Shown here: one piece after another, positions 14,055 through 28,800 of the stretch
Layout of the letters: every line of letters begins with the position of its first letter
Position numbering within the stretch: position 1 is the first letter of the stretch
Assembly: GCA_965153285.1 (NCBI GenBank)
Contig: OZ229116.1
Strand: one strand, 5' to 3'
Length of the DNA: 64,000 nucleotides
Origin: Podarcis tiliguerta
Taxonomy: Eukaryota
Notes under the pieces: model-generated
What the model was told of the DNA's origin: nothing
Seen by the model: the letters and a program-made list of their open reading frames with translations, nothing else
Databases searched by the model: none
Position numbers and translations under genes: made by a program

Positions 14055-14558
14055 CTTTTACAAATACACTGCCTCCAACACCATCAAGCTTTTGTGCCTT
14101 AAAAAAAAAAGGGGGGGGGATACTGTGAGTATCACACACTACACCGTTGTCACAGACATGGACTACCAAGAAGGAACCAATAGTTTTAAGGATATAGCCT
14201 AGGGAGCAGAGTACAACAAAGTGTGATGCTATATAGCAGCAGTCCTGGTACAATGGCCACGTAGCATTCTGACAGACTGGGTAGTTTGTAGATATGAAAC
14301 ATGTTTTAAAAATGTGTAAGAAACCCCACAGATGAGATCTCCTTTGGAACAGCTTGTGTGTCGTTACTGTTCATTACATGTATTCTGCTGGGCTGAAGAC
14401 TTGCAAATGAAGATTCTCATCTGCACTGTGAGTTGCCTCTATCTTCTAGGCTCAGCATAACAGAGGTTATTAACATAGCACTGGAAATGTTCTACCAGGA
14501 CCAGCAGGCTCTCACAAAAGACAATAATTGGCAAGCCACAGGAGAAGCACATTCAGGT

Positions 14559-14687
14559 CTATGGGGCAATTTTGATTCCCAGACACAAGGCGAGTTCGGA
14601 TTTCTGAATTTTCCCATCCTTGTTCACATCGCAATGGCGAAGCAGGATCTGGCGGAACTTATCCAGGTCAGTGCCACTGATGCTGGG
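14559..14687 (-). CDS. SCGN: SCGN exon 11 coding part ([42 protein letters not shown])
   Basis: ttgtag acceptor, 129 nt to TAG, EF-hand 6. Confidence 0.96.
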   Translation of the reverse strand, partial: PSISGTDLDKFRQILLRHCDVNKDGKIQKSELALCLGIKIAP

Positions 14688-15417
14688 CTACAATGGGAAG
14701 GAGGGGAAAGAGAGAGAGAATTACTTTCAGAGGACAAAATATCCATTCTCAGGAGTTATTTTTTCTAACATCAAGCATGGACAAGAATTCCACAGCAAAG
14801 AACAACAAAGAAGACAAAGGAGGAGAAGAGCCAGCGAATAGGAAGCCTCAGTACAGCTTGAAAGAAGGAAAGAAAGAAAAACAAAAAGGAGAAATAATGG
14901 ATTTGTGATCTGCAGCAGATGGTGGCGTGGCAGCACTTAGCTGATCTCCTGACAGCTGAATCACTTTTGCTTAACATGAGGTGGAGGAGAGAGGTGGCAG
15001 TGAGATTGGCACAGTGCAAACACAGCAGCACCAGACTGGCTCTGCCAGCGCATTTGCACCACGCAGACCTTCTCACTGCCTTGCCCCTCACTGTCTCAGT
15101 AAACAGCAGCAGCTCAGTTGACAGGGAGTCGGGTAAATACTGACACCGCACTCCACTGTCTGCTATCTAAATAGAATGATGCTGTGTGTGTCTTCTCTAA
15201 ATGTATAAACATGAATCTGGCCAAGTTTTTACTACTAGTCCTTCACTTGTGTGCCCAGTTTGGAGGATTTGGAAGAAGGGGTAGAGGTGATGATGGTGCA
15301 AGGTATGTACAGCAAGAGAACATGGCCAAAGCCCTATGGGACACAGAGCTCTAGATGGGTCAGTGCTTTCCATCCTCTTCTATAATGGAAAATGCTCCAC
15401 ATGGCACAAAGCGTGTG

Positions 15418-15462
<45 letters not shown>

Positions 15463-16819
15463 TTGGAACACTTCCTGGTTCAATGAAATATTAGGAAGCT
15501 TTTTGTACCTGGAAAACCATGTGCACCTCAGAGCTGCTGTATTGGGTCTATTACATTCATAAATCTGCCACAAGGAAAGCTAAGTCCACATCATAATTTA
15601 TCACTTCATTAGGTTACCCAGGCCCCCAAGTTAACAAAGTGATGTTCCTTATTCTTTATTGTTCCACAAAAGACCTGGAGTCAGTTATTTGTTTTGGTGC
15701 CTTATGCTTTTAAGCTACTGAAACCAAGCCACATTTGTCACAAAACCTATGGGAAACAAAACATGGAAACCACTAAGTAGTCACCTTGACAAGTTCCATC
15801 ATATCTTTTACAAATCCGTCCACTTCTGGGCCTTCAAGTGCTCCTGTCTTACTCTGGAATATATACATGTAAAAATCATACAGTTTTGCAGACTAGAAAC
15901 ACATCCATCCATGAATACTTGGGTGCCTGTTCTCTTTCTGGCAATATTATCTCCAACCTTCCAAGCTATATGCCTATGGACATTCCAAATCATATGGAAA
16001 ATCCACTGTGTTCTCCTTGTTGTTTTGATAAGGTTTTGTCATGGCAACGACGCTACAAGGAAGGTGGTCATCAGAGCTGATTCAGACATTCTGATTCAGA
16101 AGAGAACAAGACAGCTGTAAACCTAGTTGTTCCGACTTCTGCTACAACGGGTCTACTTGTGCATCTCACAAATAATCTGCCAGCGGCAGATTGTTCCCCA
16201 CCTGTGCCCCGGGCATGCACCAGGGCACACCATGGGGTTGGGGCCGTGGGTGGAGCACGCCACTGCAGCAGCCCCTCCCCACTGTTGAAAAGCAGGCAGT
16301 GGCGTAGCGTGGTGGGTGCAGGGGGGGCTGGTCGCACCCGGCGCAACATCAGGGGGTTAGGGTTAGGGGGCGCAAATCCACGGGTTAGGGGGCGCAAATT
16401 ACTTGCCTTGCCCCGGGTGCTGACAACCCACGCTACGCCACTGAAAGCAGGGTGCATGCCTGCTTGCGGTGCCCCAAGAGCCCTGTGTTGTTTTTGCAAA
16501 TCTTGCAAAAATTATGCTGGGTTCACAGGGCGCCATGATCAGGCATGTGTCCTGGCCCCTGTGAGCCCAGCACGATGGCTATAGAGTTGTTTAATGGTTT
16601 TTACTAATAGATTTGTTGTTTATTCTCATTGTAAATTGCTTTGAAGGTTTTCTTAAAAAATAACAATCAAGCTGTATATATATTTTAATGAGATAAATGA
16701 ATCCACTTGATTTCCTTGCATGCTATTCTAATGCAAAGTCTGTAAAGTCTGATGTGCCACTTGATCAACAATAACATACCCTCCAACAGTTCTCAGATGA
16801 ACATAGGGACTTCCTATTC

Positions 16820-16867
<48 letters not shown>

Positions 16868-19800
16868 TATTATTATTATTCTACCCCACCCATCTTATCG
16901 CATTGCCCCAGCCACTCTAGGCGACTTCCAATATATATAAACACATCATAAAACATTAAACATTAAAAAAAAACCAGGTGTGTCTTCAGATATCTTCTAA
17001 AGGTTGTATAGTCACTTATCTCCTTGGGTTGTTTTGTTGGTGTTGTTGGTTTTTTGCAAAACTCCATCGCTTCAACATTTCTTTAATGAAAATAGGGGTG
17101 TCCTACCATACCCTCCCAACATTTCTCCGATGGAAACAGGGACATCCTAAAGAAAAGTGGGACATTCCGGAACCAAATCAGAAACTGGGGTGGCTTCTGT
17201 AAACTTGGGACTGTCCCTGGAAAATAGGGACACTTGCAGGGCTTGCAATAATCCCAAACCCATGAAAGAAACAAAAAATCATCTTACAACATCATAGTGT
17301 GCAAAGATTTTCTCAAAATCTCTCTTCCTTTCTTCTGTACTACAAGCCTGAATGGAGGAGAAAAAATATTTTAAAATGTTTGGGGTTGTTTTTTTTTTTT
17401 AAGGGAAAAGGGGGAAAGGTAACTAAATGCACTAAAATTACTGTACTTACATCCAGTTTAAACTGAAGGAGAAAATTTTCCTGAAGAGCCAGAATTCTAA
17501 ATGGAAAGAGACACATGGTCATTTTCTCAGATACCAGTTATACAGAGATAGGCATTTCTGCCTGATAGATCTCACAAAGAGGAAAGATGAACAGTCTGAG
17601 AAACAAAAGCCTGTAACATTATGAGTAGGGTTGTCGTTTTTTCTCTCTAGACAAATTCTAGAAGTGCTGGTTCCTTGTGACAGGCAGGAATTCAACAGAT
17701 TTAGCATTTAGGGTAGAGGGAAGACACAGCAATGAGGAAAGTTTTGCCTGTTGAAGCTACCACAGATTCAACACTCCCTTTCTGAATAAGCTGAAGAATC
17801 ATTAGAAGCTACCTTGCTAGGTCATTGAGATCCAGTCGTCCATCTTTATTTTTGTCAAAGAGCTTCATCTAAAAAGCAAGATAAGAAAGCCTTTATGAAA
17901 CTGTCATTAATATAGGAAACCTGGCATACACAATGAGTCAATATACAGGGGCATTTTACTATTCATATTGTGGAGTCCACATTGTGGAGTCACATAGCCT
18001 TGATGGGCATAATGTCAGATTTGCCAAGGACTGGACAAGCAATCCTCTCTCCTTCTCAGATTTTATCATGGGACATTTGCCCAGATCGCAAAACAGTTTT
18101 GAAAGAGTGCATTGTGTGCCTGTTGGATGTATACGCGAGAACGATACCAACTTCCTTCTGTCTTTCCCAATTTTTATGGAACTGTCCTTGGAAAACATGG
18201 TGGAGCACTATCCATCTTCCTTCTGATAGACAGATAAGTGAGTGTTTGATCCGACTCAGTTTCGTGATGAGTATGTTTGACAGATGGCCTTCCCTCCATA
18301 AGCACGTGCTTCCGCTGGGAAATTTCAGGCTCTTAATGTCAGAGCACTCATGCTGATGACTGTAAGAGGTTCTCCCCGGTATATTCAGATTTTCCTGAAC
18401 TATATTTTGATTGCTCCCCTCCAGGCTGAATCACTTCTCTTCAGAGTCCCCCCCCCCCCCCCGGTCCTTTCGCAGCTATAGCCCTGTTGCTATAAAATGG
18501 CAATCACTTTCAGAAAGGAGAAAAGTAGCCTGAATAATTCATGATAAAAGAGGGTTGAGAAACTGAATTTAATTTTTTAAGGTGTTGGAATATGACTACA
18601 CAGTGTATCTCATAGATTAGCTGTAAAATATTCACCACCGGGATAGAGTTTAACTTCTCTTTTATGAATGCTACCTCTTTTGGAATGATGATGCTCTGAA
18701 AAACCTACAGGGGGAAATGTTATTGTGTATGTGTTTGTCTACACACACCTCAAGATGCATAAGTAAATATCTCACCCTCCCAGGTTGTGAGGCCAAAATT
18801 TGGTGTCCCTTCTAACTCTTGCCATCTGTTCTGCTCAATTCATTGCATCATAGTTGTGGTGCCCTCCAGCGCCCCCTAGGCTCAGGGTCCAGTGCGACAG
18901 AACTGGTTGAACTGCCCTAAATCTGCCTCTGCTGTGTCAACTGTGGTTAACCTTAACTAAGCTCCCTTCAAACCATAGTTTACAAAGCCTCTATCTGGCC
19001 AAGAGGTTCCCCATCCCAGGATCAAGCAACAGCTCTCTCTCCTTTTCCCCACCCCTGAAATTTGAAAGACCAAAGTCTACCCCTGGACACAGAAAGCTGT
19101 AGTTAAGTTACAATGGAGGTAAAATATCCTGAACTTCCCACTGGGAAAGTCATGCTGAAGGACAAGGGAGAGGACGGAATGTGGAAGTCTTGGGGAAACA
19201 AGACTCATTCTCATAACACTAAACTATGGTTTAGATTCACCTCCAAGCCAGCCTAATATGAGCAGGACAATTTCTTCCCTGCCCCCTCCCAACACATTCC
19301 ATAATTTTTCACAAGTTTCGTTTTTTTTGCTAGTGTCATGGGAACTTGCTGCTCACAGTGTTTTCCCATGCAACTGTGGCAAGAGCTTGGTTACAAAAAA
19401 CAAAGGCATGGTTTAATTTGAGTCGGGGCTCATCTCCAGAACCTGTTTTGCATGCCTGGAACCCAATATATCCAGTAACAAGCGTAATCAACAAACATTT
19501 GGACAGATGTGGAGACAGCAAGGGAAGGAAGACATAGGAAGCACGGAGTTAATCCAAACAAAACCTCCATGGAAACATAGCACATGGATTTTTCATATGC
19601 CTTAAACTATCTGTGATTCTGTAGACAAACTAGTTGCTGTTTTATTCAGTGGAAGCATATTGTGTGGTGCAAATGAAAGCCCAGCACTGACAGCTTGTCT
19701 GATATTATCATGACCTCCTACTCTAGCCAATGAATAACAATAGCCTTAGCCAGGATATGATAATTTTGGCAGGCTAGGTAATATGATTTGCTGATGAATA

Positions 19801-22800
19801 AACCAGTAATGAGCTTGCCTTGCATATGGCATTGACAAGATGTAGCTTTGTGAACTGCAGAATTTAAAAACATACTGGTGATTTAATAATGACTGTATGC
19901 TCTAATTTATCCGAATGCGATTGGGGAACATTAAAAACACTTCTAAAATCTGGAAGTCAGATGTAAGGAAGTAGCATTTGAACTTAGAAATTAAAAAGGG
20001 TTACACTGATACAGGGCACACTGGGATACAATAAGGGACATAGAGACAGTCAACAGAGCTAAGTTTCCACAAAGTGAACTGGATACATTTCTGAGTGGTT
20101 TTGAGTGATAACACCCTATAACCTTTTAAATATGTTTGGGGTGGGAGTGGGAATGGGATGGGGTGGTGTTATTGGTTTATTTTTTTATGTTTTTTGGCGT
20201 TCTTATGTTGTATTTTAAGCACTATAGAAATGATCCCTAAAAGTACAGTCTTTTTATGTTGTATTTTAATGTTGCAAAATCTATGATGATCTATGAATGA
20301 AGGGCAGGACACTTAATAATAAGAATAATTTTAAAGTAGGTTTCCTTCTTCCTAGTTGCATGATTAGAGATAGAACTTAAAGGTGACATGTGGGACATGA
20401 CAGATGAATGCTAATGGCAAGGCACTTGTTGTTCATTTACCAAACCTTTTCCTTAGCTGATTTTCACTCCTGGAACAACATGGTCTTCTCTTCTCCTTCA
20501 GCCTTTGATACCACTTAAACTGAATGATGTGCTTAGAAACACACTTGCCCTCTAGAATTCATCCTCTCATAAGAGAGTTTCAACAGGTATTGAAGGATAA
20601 TTGCTCGTCACCTCTTTGGGACCTTTGTGGTAGGATTCCTTCCCTTGTCATCTCTCTTGTGCAATGTATACTTGAGGAGGCCACTTGACAAGGTCAATTT
20701 CGCAATATAAGGTCAAGCTTGTGTAACAGCTGCTTCCCATTTGCATGAAGTGCCTCAATGGCTCTTCCTTAAAAACAGTACATCTCTGGGGAATGAGCCC
20801 TATCTGAAACCAACTCTCCTGTGGACCAATAGGTACTGGAACAACTTATTGAACGACACAAGAAATAGAAGGAAATCACAAATACATGATTTAAAGCCTA
20901 CTGAAATCAGCCAGGTTGCTGCAAGATTACAATGTTAACATATGCAGTAACTCAACAGATGGTATCCAAAAATCAGTTGTCTGGGCATGGATAGAAAAGA
21001 TTTAGTGCCTGTTCAAATCCTTCTTGTGTATATAACAAATATTCTTGTAAAGTATAAGTTTTCAGTCTAGCCTAAATAGGTTATAATGGGTTCTATCTTG
21101 ATCACAATGCAGTTTATTTTTTAAAATAGTTTTTTGGGGGGTCCATGAAATTGTAGTCTGTGCTTGTGACGGAGATCATGCTAAGTCCAGGCTGAAAACA
21201 ACTACATAGGCCATGAACAAGGCATATGAGAGAAAAAAGCCACACTAAATCTCAGTCAGATTGGGCCTGTGGGTTGGTGTGGAATATGGGAGCAGTACAC
21301 ACTGCAATAGTTTTATGATAATTGCTCTCAGTTCTTTTGCTATGATTTAATGTTTGCTTATTTTTCTGCTTTTCTTTTCCCCCTCTCATAATCCGGATGA
21401 CAGAATCCCTTTCCCCCGAGCAGGATGTTATTCTGAGGTACAGTCCAATTACTTATTCAAAAGCAAAACACAAGTCATCATAAAATAGAATAGGGAATAA
21501 ATACTGGTAGTTGGTACCAGATGACGTCTGAGCACAAAAGAGGTAACTTCTAAACACCAGTGACATCAGCTCAAGGCTGGGATGACAGGCTTCAGGGACA
21601 ATGGCCACATTGGCCTAATTGGACCCCCTAGCTGGCCAAGAGGTTCCCCATCAGAGATGAAGCAACAGCACTCTCTCCTTCTTTCCCCCACCCTTTAGAT
21701 ATCCCCTGACCATCCTTTGCAATGTTGGTCCATCTTGTGCGACTACCATATTGGCTATTTAGAATTCCTGAGAATTTCTATAATAACATAAGTATTTGAT
21801 CATATGCACTCTGCTTACCATGGTTTCTGTGTATTCTTGCAGCTTTGCCTTAGAAATGGTTTTTCCATGCTGCCGGAAAAGATCTTGCAGAAAGTTCTTT
21901 GTCAGGAAAGGAGAGAAGTAGTTTTTACTGTTTCAGATTCATACTAGGAATAATATAAAGGAGTCAAGGCCTGTTTCATCAGACGCTTCACAAAAACTAA
22001 GGCAGTTGCTTGAATGCACTTAATATGTTTTATATATGATCAAAATATACATATTGAGTAAAGAAGGCATCTGGATAAAGACTCCCTAGAGAACTTACTC
22101 TGAGTTCGGCAGCTGAAATAAAACCACTGCTATCAACATCATATTGGCGCCAGATCTAAAGGGGGGGAAATGAGTGAACAGTTATCATCTTCAAATAGAT
22201 GTTCAATACGTAACTATATCTCAGTCTCATTTATGAAGTGCTATAGAACATAGCAAATGTTTGGATAGCGGGAGTTTGGATAAGTGATTATATTTTTCAC
22301 AAGGGTTGCAACCAACACGGGAAGGATTTCAGACGATGGGAGTCTGTTGCAGCCCTTCAGTGGGCTCACCATGTGGCAATTGTATGCCCACTCTCCCTTG
22401 TACTTCAGTCATGGGGAACCACAGCAGAAAGAACGGGCTGCTCTACAGTATCAGATGGAAAGTAGCCACCATCGCATCAGGCCCATTGCTCATGAATCAG
22501 ATAGTTTGGGAAGGAGATTCTTCTGGGCTCATGTTCCTTCAGGCTGCGCTGAGTCTCCTAGTAGATGAACATGCCAGGCTCATTTGGAGCTATCCAGCAG
22601 CAGGTCAGATTCAAAAATACGCAGGTAGGTGGAATTACAGATTTGCTTTTCTAAGACTGAGCATTTATTTAGCTTGTTCTCTAGATCTTGGCTATTACCC
22701 CACCATCTCTAAAATGAACTGTTTGATGTGTACACATGCATGCGTGCACATCTAGGGCTGCCATATTTTGAAGAGCAAAAAAAGAGGACACATTTTCCGA

Positions 22801-25800
22801 CTTCTACTTTTAACAATGGATAACTATGATGACTCTACCCACAAAAAAGAGGATGTGTCCTGGAAAAAGAGGACATATGGCAACCCTAAATGGCTCATCT
22901 CAGCATTGACATCGTGGAATTATTAACTAACATTTTGTTTCTTTCCAAAATATTTAGAAAACAAGGATTTTGAAACCTGGAAAAAACCTTTTGTGTCACT
23001 GACAAGGTCCATCTGAAAGAAGTGTGTAAACAGACTTAAATTAATTTTCATCCTTAACCTGGACATGTCGTTACCATGGCTGCATATTCAGATTCGTTAT
23101 TTGTTATGTAAACAACACAGCCAATCAAGGGACTAAGTGGCTATTTGTATTCCTATTTGTATCCCCTTGTTCTTAGTCATCCTAAGGTGGTAGTTGACAT
23201 TAGATGGTATTTTTAGATTGAAACACTAGGCCCAGATTAGAAGAGATTTTATTTTGTAAAAAAAAATTCCCAGTGCACTTGATGGTACCCACCTGGAGCT
23301 AATTGATAGTATCACATTGGAAAGGGCAATATAAACAACTCAATGCATCAGTTACAAAATTACAGGAGCTGAGTATTTCCTCTGTGGTGTTGTTCCAATT
23401 TATTAATTTTTTTGCTGCCCCTTCACTATGAAGCTCCAGTGTGGGTTATAACAATTAAAAATATAATAATAAAACAGTTAGAACAAAGTACAGTCGCGAT
23501 AATAGGCTGGGTCCTAAAGTATACATCTCAGATGTCAAAAGGCAGGGTAAAAAAAGGTGCATCTTCAGCATTTGAGGAAAGTGACATAATGAAAGTGTTC
23601 AACACACTTCTGTGGGGAGGGAATTCCACACTTCAGAGGCTACCACAGAGAATGTCCTCTCCTGGGCCACCAGTGTGAATTTCTGAGGGCAGTGGAATTC
23701 CCAAGAAGGCCCTCTCTGCTGATTGTAAGACCTGAGAAAATCTGTAGGGAAGGAGGCTGTGAGTCAAATTTGGGGCCTGGGCCATTTAGGATTTTAAACA
23801 CTAATTTGGACACCTTGAATATGGCCCAGAAGCAAACTGGCAGCCAAAACAGGGTTTGTGTGAATTCTAAATGTAATCCCAGCCAGTAATCTGGCCACTG
23901 CATTTTGGACCAGTTGAAGTTTCCATCTCATTTTTAAGTATTGCTTAAAAAAGAATCAGGAGATTCCTCAGAGATCTCTTTGAGTAATGTACAGTTTGGC
24001 CTAGTGCTCACAACGGAACCATTCTTAGCCAGGACTCCAGAATGGCCCTCCTTCAGCAGCTGCAGTGTCAATCCCATGTTTTATATTGGACTGAAAAGAC
24101 AGAGAGTGATCTGGGAAGAAGAATGAGAGTTGTTAGCTAGATGTTTATATGGTGACTTGAATCATTAACCTAGTAGGTATATTCTTTTAAGCATCAAGCC
24201 TCATAATCTCATTTTTCAGGTTCCAAAGGCACACAATACTTAACAGCTTGTGTTATGTAATGAAAGCTGATAATATTATTCTTGAATTTAATAAGCAGCT
24301 GTGCAAAGGATCCCCACAGACCATCTGTGGCCAAAAGCTGCACACTGCTTCTTCCATGGCTGATAAGTTCCGCATCATGCAAACTAGGCCATTGTGCTTC
24401 ACAATGGAGAAGGATGCTGAGGCTCAACATGTATGTGATGGAGGGGGCAAACTAGAGATAAAGCAGGAGAAGAAGGGTCTACTTTTGAGAGCAAAGGTGT
24501 GGGTGTATGGGAGGATTCTGAACCTGCCCCACACCTCTCCCTCACTTACTTACTTCCTTGCTCTCTATCACCTCCAGAGCTCTTTCCTGGACCAAATTCT
24601 AATGTTGGAAGTGAGTGCAACTGGGGAAAGCCCTGGTTGGGTGGACTGCAGAGTCAAGGAAGTGATAGGTACAAGGAGCAAAGTACCAGGTCACACTTCC
24701 TGGAGCCTTTTCTTGGGCTCCCAGAATCTGATCCTCCATCTCATGCTTTGTACTTGATTGGGAAAGACCTGGGTTTAAACCAAGTGTAGGGAAGCTATGG
24801 CTTTCCCAAAGTCATTGGACCACAACTCTCATTAGCGCTGGTCATTGGCTATGCTGGTTTCTGGGGCTGCTAGGAATTGGAGTCCAATAAATTCTGGAGG
24901 GCTACATGTTAGCTACCCCAAGGTTAAACAAATGTGAGCCTCAGCGTGTGGCCAATACATGCAATGCAAAATATGAAATGCAAAATACTTTGAAAGATGG
25001 AAACAGTATGCAATGCAAAATACTTTGAAAGATGGAAACAGACAGCAGGAAATTACACCCACCCGCATGAATTCCACGCTGTTGTCCAAAGGTGTTTCTC
25101 TTCGGAAAAGAAGCAGGAAGTTCTCATCCTCCGGCAAGAGTATACTTGCAAGCTAAAGTTTTTTTTGGAGGGGAGGGGGGGGGAAAGGTTACATTTCTCA
25201 AGCTGTTCTCTATGCAGTTATTTTCATCATCATCATCATCAATGTTATTATTATTCGGAATAAATTGCTATACCACAAGGACAGAAGCCGGGCAGAGCAG
25301 AGCAAAACTACAAAATCTAGCAGCAAAATCCTGACAGGTGCTTTTGTCAAATGGACATTTGGACAAAAAGTTCCAATACTACATTATCTGAACGAACCGG
25401 TGAACCCACTCTTTGTAACAGTGCAGTTATTATTCCTCAATTGCCTGTTATCTATTTTCTAACACTGCAAAATAAAAGGCAGCTAGGTACCTCTTGTATC
25501 TGTAAGCGTCCATCTGCAGTCACATCGTAGGCTGACATAAATCGTTTTTTCACCCTCTGCACCTTTTCCTCTGTTACGGGGCTCTGTGATATGAAAAGCA
25601 ACAGGTTAAGGATAAAACCGATTTCCCCGAATACAATGTGTTCTCTCCCGTCTCTTTTAAGACCAGCCATGCAGGACCTGCAGTGAATGTCTCCCTTAGG
25701 CTGAAAGGAGTGGAGCCTGCAGCAAGAGCCATTTTGTTCTGGTTTCCTAACACCCTGCCTTGAAGCCATCTTTGGAAGTGATGTGCACGCACACACATAA

Positions 25801-28800
25801 GTTATCAGAAGCGACTTGTTCCTTACCCAAATGACAATAGTCCAAGAGCACATGGGGCCACCACCTAACTAACATTAAGCAGGAGTGGGTCTGATCAGTG
25901 CCTGGATGAGAGACTTCTTGGAGGCCACATGGATGCCATCTTGGGTTCCATGATGGAAGAAAGGCAGAATATAAATGTGAGAAAGGAAAAAGATTATCGG
26001 AAGAAAAGACAAAGTCATGGCCGCTAGGCGCATTGACCTATATTGCAGTTAGCTTAGCTAAGATTGGGAGCAGTTGGTGTCATGGAAGGCTCTGGTGAAC
26101 AACAAGACAATAACCTTATTTAGACAAGAATAGAATAGTGGCAGGAAACTCCTGACCATACCCAGATATAAATTAAGTGGAGTGCCACTTCGTGACCAAA
26201 CTAGACACTCGCATTATCCATACAGATAGAAACAAGAGCTTACACGTTTATATGAAAGGTTCAGGACCAGACAAAAAGAGGAAGATATCAACATGGTCTC
26301 TGAAATCTTCAAAAAGCAGATTGAACTCCTGGCTGGGGACCATTGTGGCTAAAACATAGAACAGCACTCCAGGTGATAGTTGCAAAGGAAGGCACCTAAA
26401 GGCAAAGCAATACTGCTGCTTCTGAAAAGGATTCGCTGCTCATATGCATCCACCCAGAGCAGTATGATGATGTAGGTATATGTAGCTGCCTCTGTGTTTA
26501 AGACAACCAACTCACCTTGCAGGTACAGCTAGGGATCTCTGCCTGAAACAGTGAACAACTTTTTGCACCAGAAGGGTGGGATATAATTGCTCAAATAAAT
26601 GTCACCAGGCAGCCAAAACAACAATTTCACTGTATTACTATGTTCCACACCGTACATAAGAGGACTCCTTATGTACCAAAAAGCTGATGACAGCTTGTAG
26701 AAATAAGATGGCCTAAATATATTATCAGTAGCCTTTAAAGCCAGTCAGAAGAATATCAGACTTCAAGTTCAGACACCCTGAGCTCTGCCTCTGCTCCAAA
26801 AGTTAATTCTATGGGAGCCAGGTGAATTAAACTTCATGACACTTCCAAGATATTTTAATCCACATAAAAAGATATTGTCTGCTTTAAATTCTTTGAAGAA
26901 GTCATTAAAATCATCCTGCATACAACTGAACAATATACCGGGGGTTTTTTAAAAAAGAAAAAGAAAAAAGGCAAGCTTGGTTTCCCTAGTATCTTTTTTA
27001 AAGAATACCACACGTTATTATAGTTCAAAAATTTCCAATGTGAGACTGTAACAGAAGTTTAATACTAATTTAAAAACCACCAAAAAAGTAAAATAATAGT
27101 GAGAATAGAATAGTACATATTCAAATAGACCTTCCTTTGTAGAGTCATCTTGGTCTTTTAAATTTAGCTTTCTTCCCGCAATGCTACGTGTATTCCATCA
27201 GCTAGTAACAACCAGAAATGAAAACAAACACAGACTCCTCCATTTCCTCATTCATTCCACCCCTTTCCCATTTTGCATGCCCACTGAACTCGGTCAGTCT
27301 TTTGTTCTCCCAGCTGGGGTTCCTTTTCTTGCCTTTAGCATTAGTTGAGAACGCTTCAGAGCAGATGAAAGAGAGGCAGGGGAAACATAACACTAGAGAC
27401 TACAGTGGTCATTAGGGAGAAATAACAACAGGGTGCACAGAGGTTAAAAACAACAATTATGGAACAGTTTGCTATTCAAACAGAGACAACTTTCGGAGTG
27501 CATAATAACTATTCATTTTATTTCATCCAACACTTTTAATCTTCAAAGCATATAAGTAGAAATGGTTATTGTTGACAACAACTTAGTTAGCTTGCTTGGT
27601 AAGCAGGATCGTCTCATTCTGACGCACACCAACACGGTATGACAAATTCATAACTCAATAAGTCACTGTAAAACAATCCCCACTGGGAGATGCTCTTCCA
27701 GCCTCCAACTCGCTGCTCTTACAGAATTACAACATTGTTAGAGTCTACACTACAGAACTCTGCAGAACATCAAGGAAAGGCAGAAGTGGTCCACACAAGA
27801 GGTGTGGCAGAAGGAGCACCAAGACAATGGAGAACAGGGTCACAGGATGGCACTTGGGTGAAGATCAGTGAGCAAGCAAGAAGGAGGGATGCTTTATCCC
27901 CCAGATGCCAGTCATGTCTCGCCTGCAAATGCCAGCATTGGCTTTTCAAGAGGCCTAGGAGAGGCAGAGGCAACCTTAGGATCAGGGGCTGAATGTGCCC
28001 CCTGGCTTCTTTAGCCAGCCTACCTACTCATAGGACATTCCCCAGGCCATGTCCCTCACTGGTCCTGCCCTGTGTCCTTCTCAAGAGCAATTGCTGGGCC
28101 AGGATGTGTCCTTGAATTGTGACAATGTCTCTTGTTTGGCTGGATGAAGGTGTTTGTAAGGGTAACCTTTGAGTTTTGCATGGATGGTACAACGATGACA
28201 GTCTACAGTCTTGCTTTGCCCACTTGCCCCTGGCTCCACCACTGTCCTGTGACCTCTGCAAGCTTGCCCAGGGGGACAGGCAGTCCTTAGGCTGAAACAG
28301 TTCCCTGCTCCTACCCTGGGGGGCTACCTTGTCCCCTGCAGGATCTTACTTCCCACAAACACAAGCCTGCCCTATTCACCCTGCCCTTTAACCTTCATGG
28401 TGCCTGATGTTTGAGGGGAGGAGAACAACACAAACATAATAATGTAAGAAGAGGCACCTGGATCCGACCAATGGCCCATCTAGTCCAGTATCCTGTTCTC
28501 AAAGTGGCCTGTCGGAAAGCTGCAAGCAGGACCCAACCACCAGAGCATTCTCTCTTCCTTTGGTTTCCAGCAACTGGTACTCAGAAGCATTCCTGCCTCT
28601 GACTGTGAAGGCAGGGCATAACCCTCATGGTTAGCAGCCAGGGGAAGGCAATCTTCCACACTTTCCACCCAGTCCAAGAGATGAGAAGCAAATGATGTAC
28701 TCTGTGCTTTCTCGCAGTCTGACTTCCTTTACTTTCCCTCTTCCAAGTGTTTGGTAGGGAAGTGTTTAAGAAAGCAGGGCTTTGTTATTGAAACAGCAGA

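Noticed and set aside
18865-18885. CTCF-like motif (also about 14911-14925 and 48074-48090)
   Set aside because: Partial matches only; the first lies in repeat-like sequence and such matches are common by chance.
24248-24757. 169-aa ORF antisense within SCGN intron 4
   Set aside because: No recognisable homology; looks like degenerate repeat sequence.
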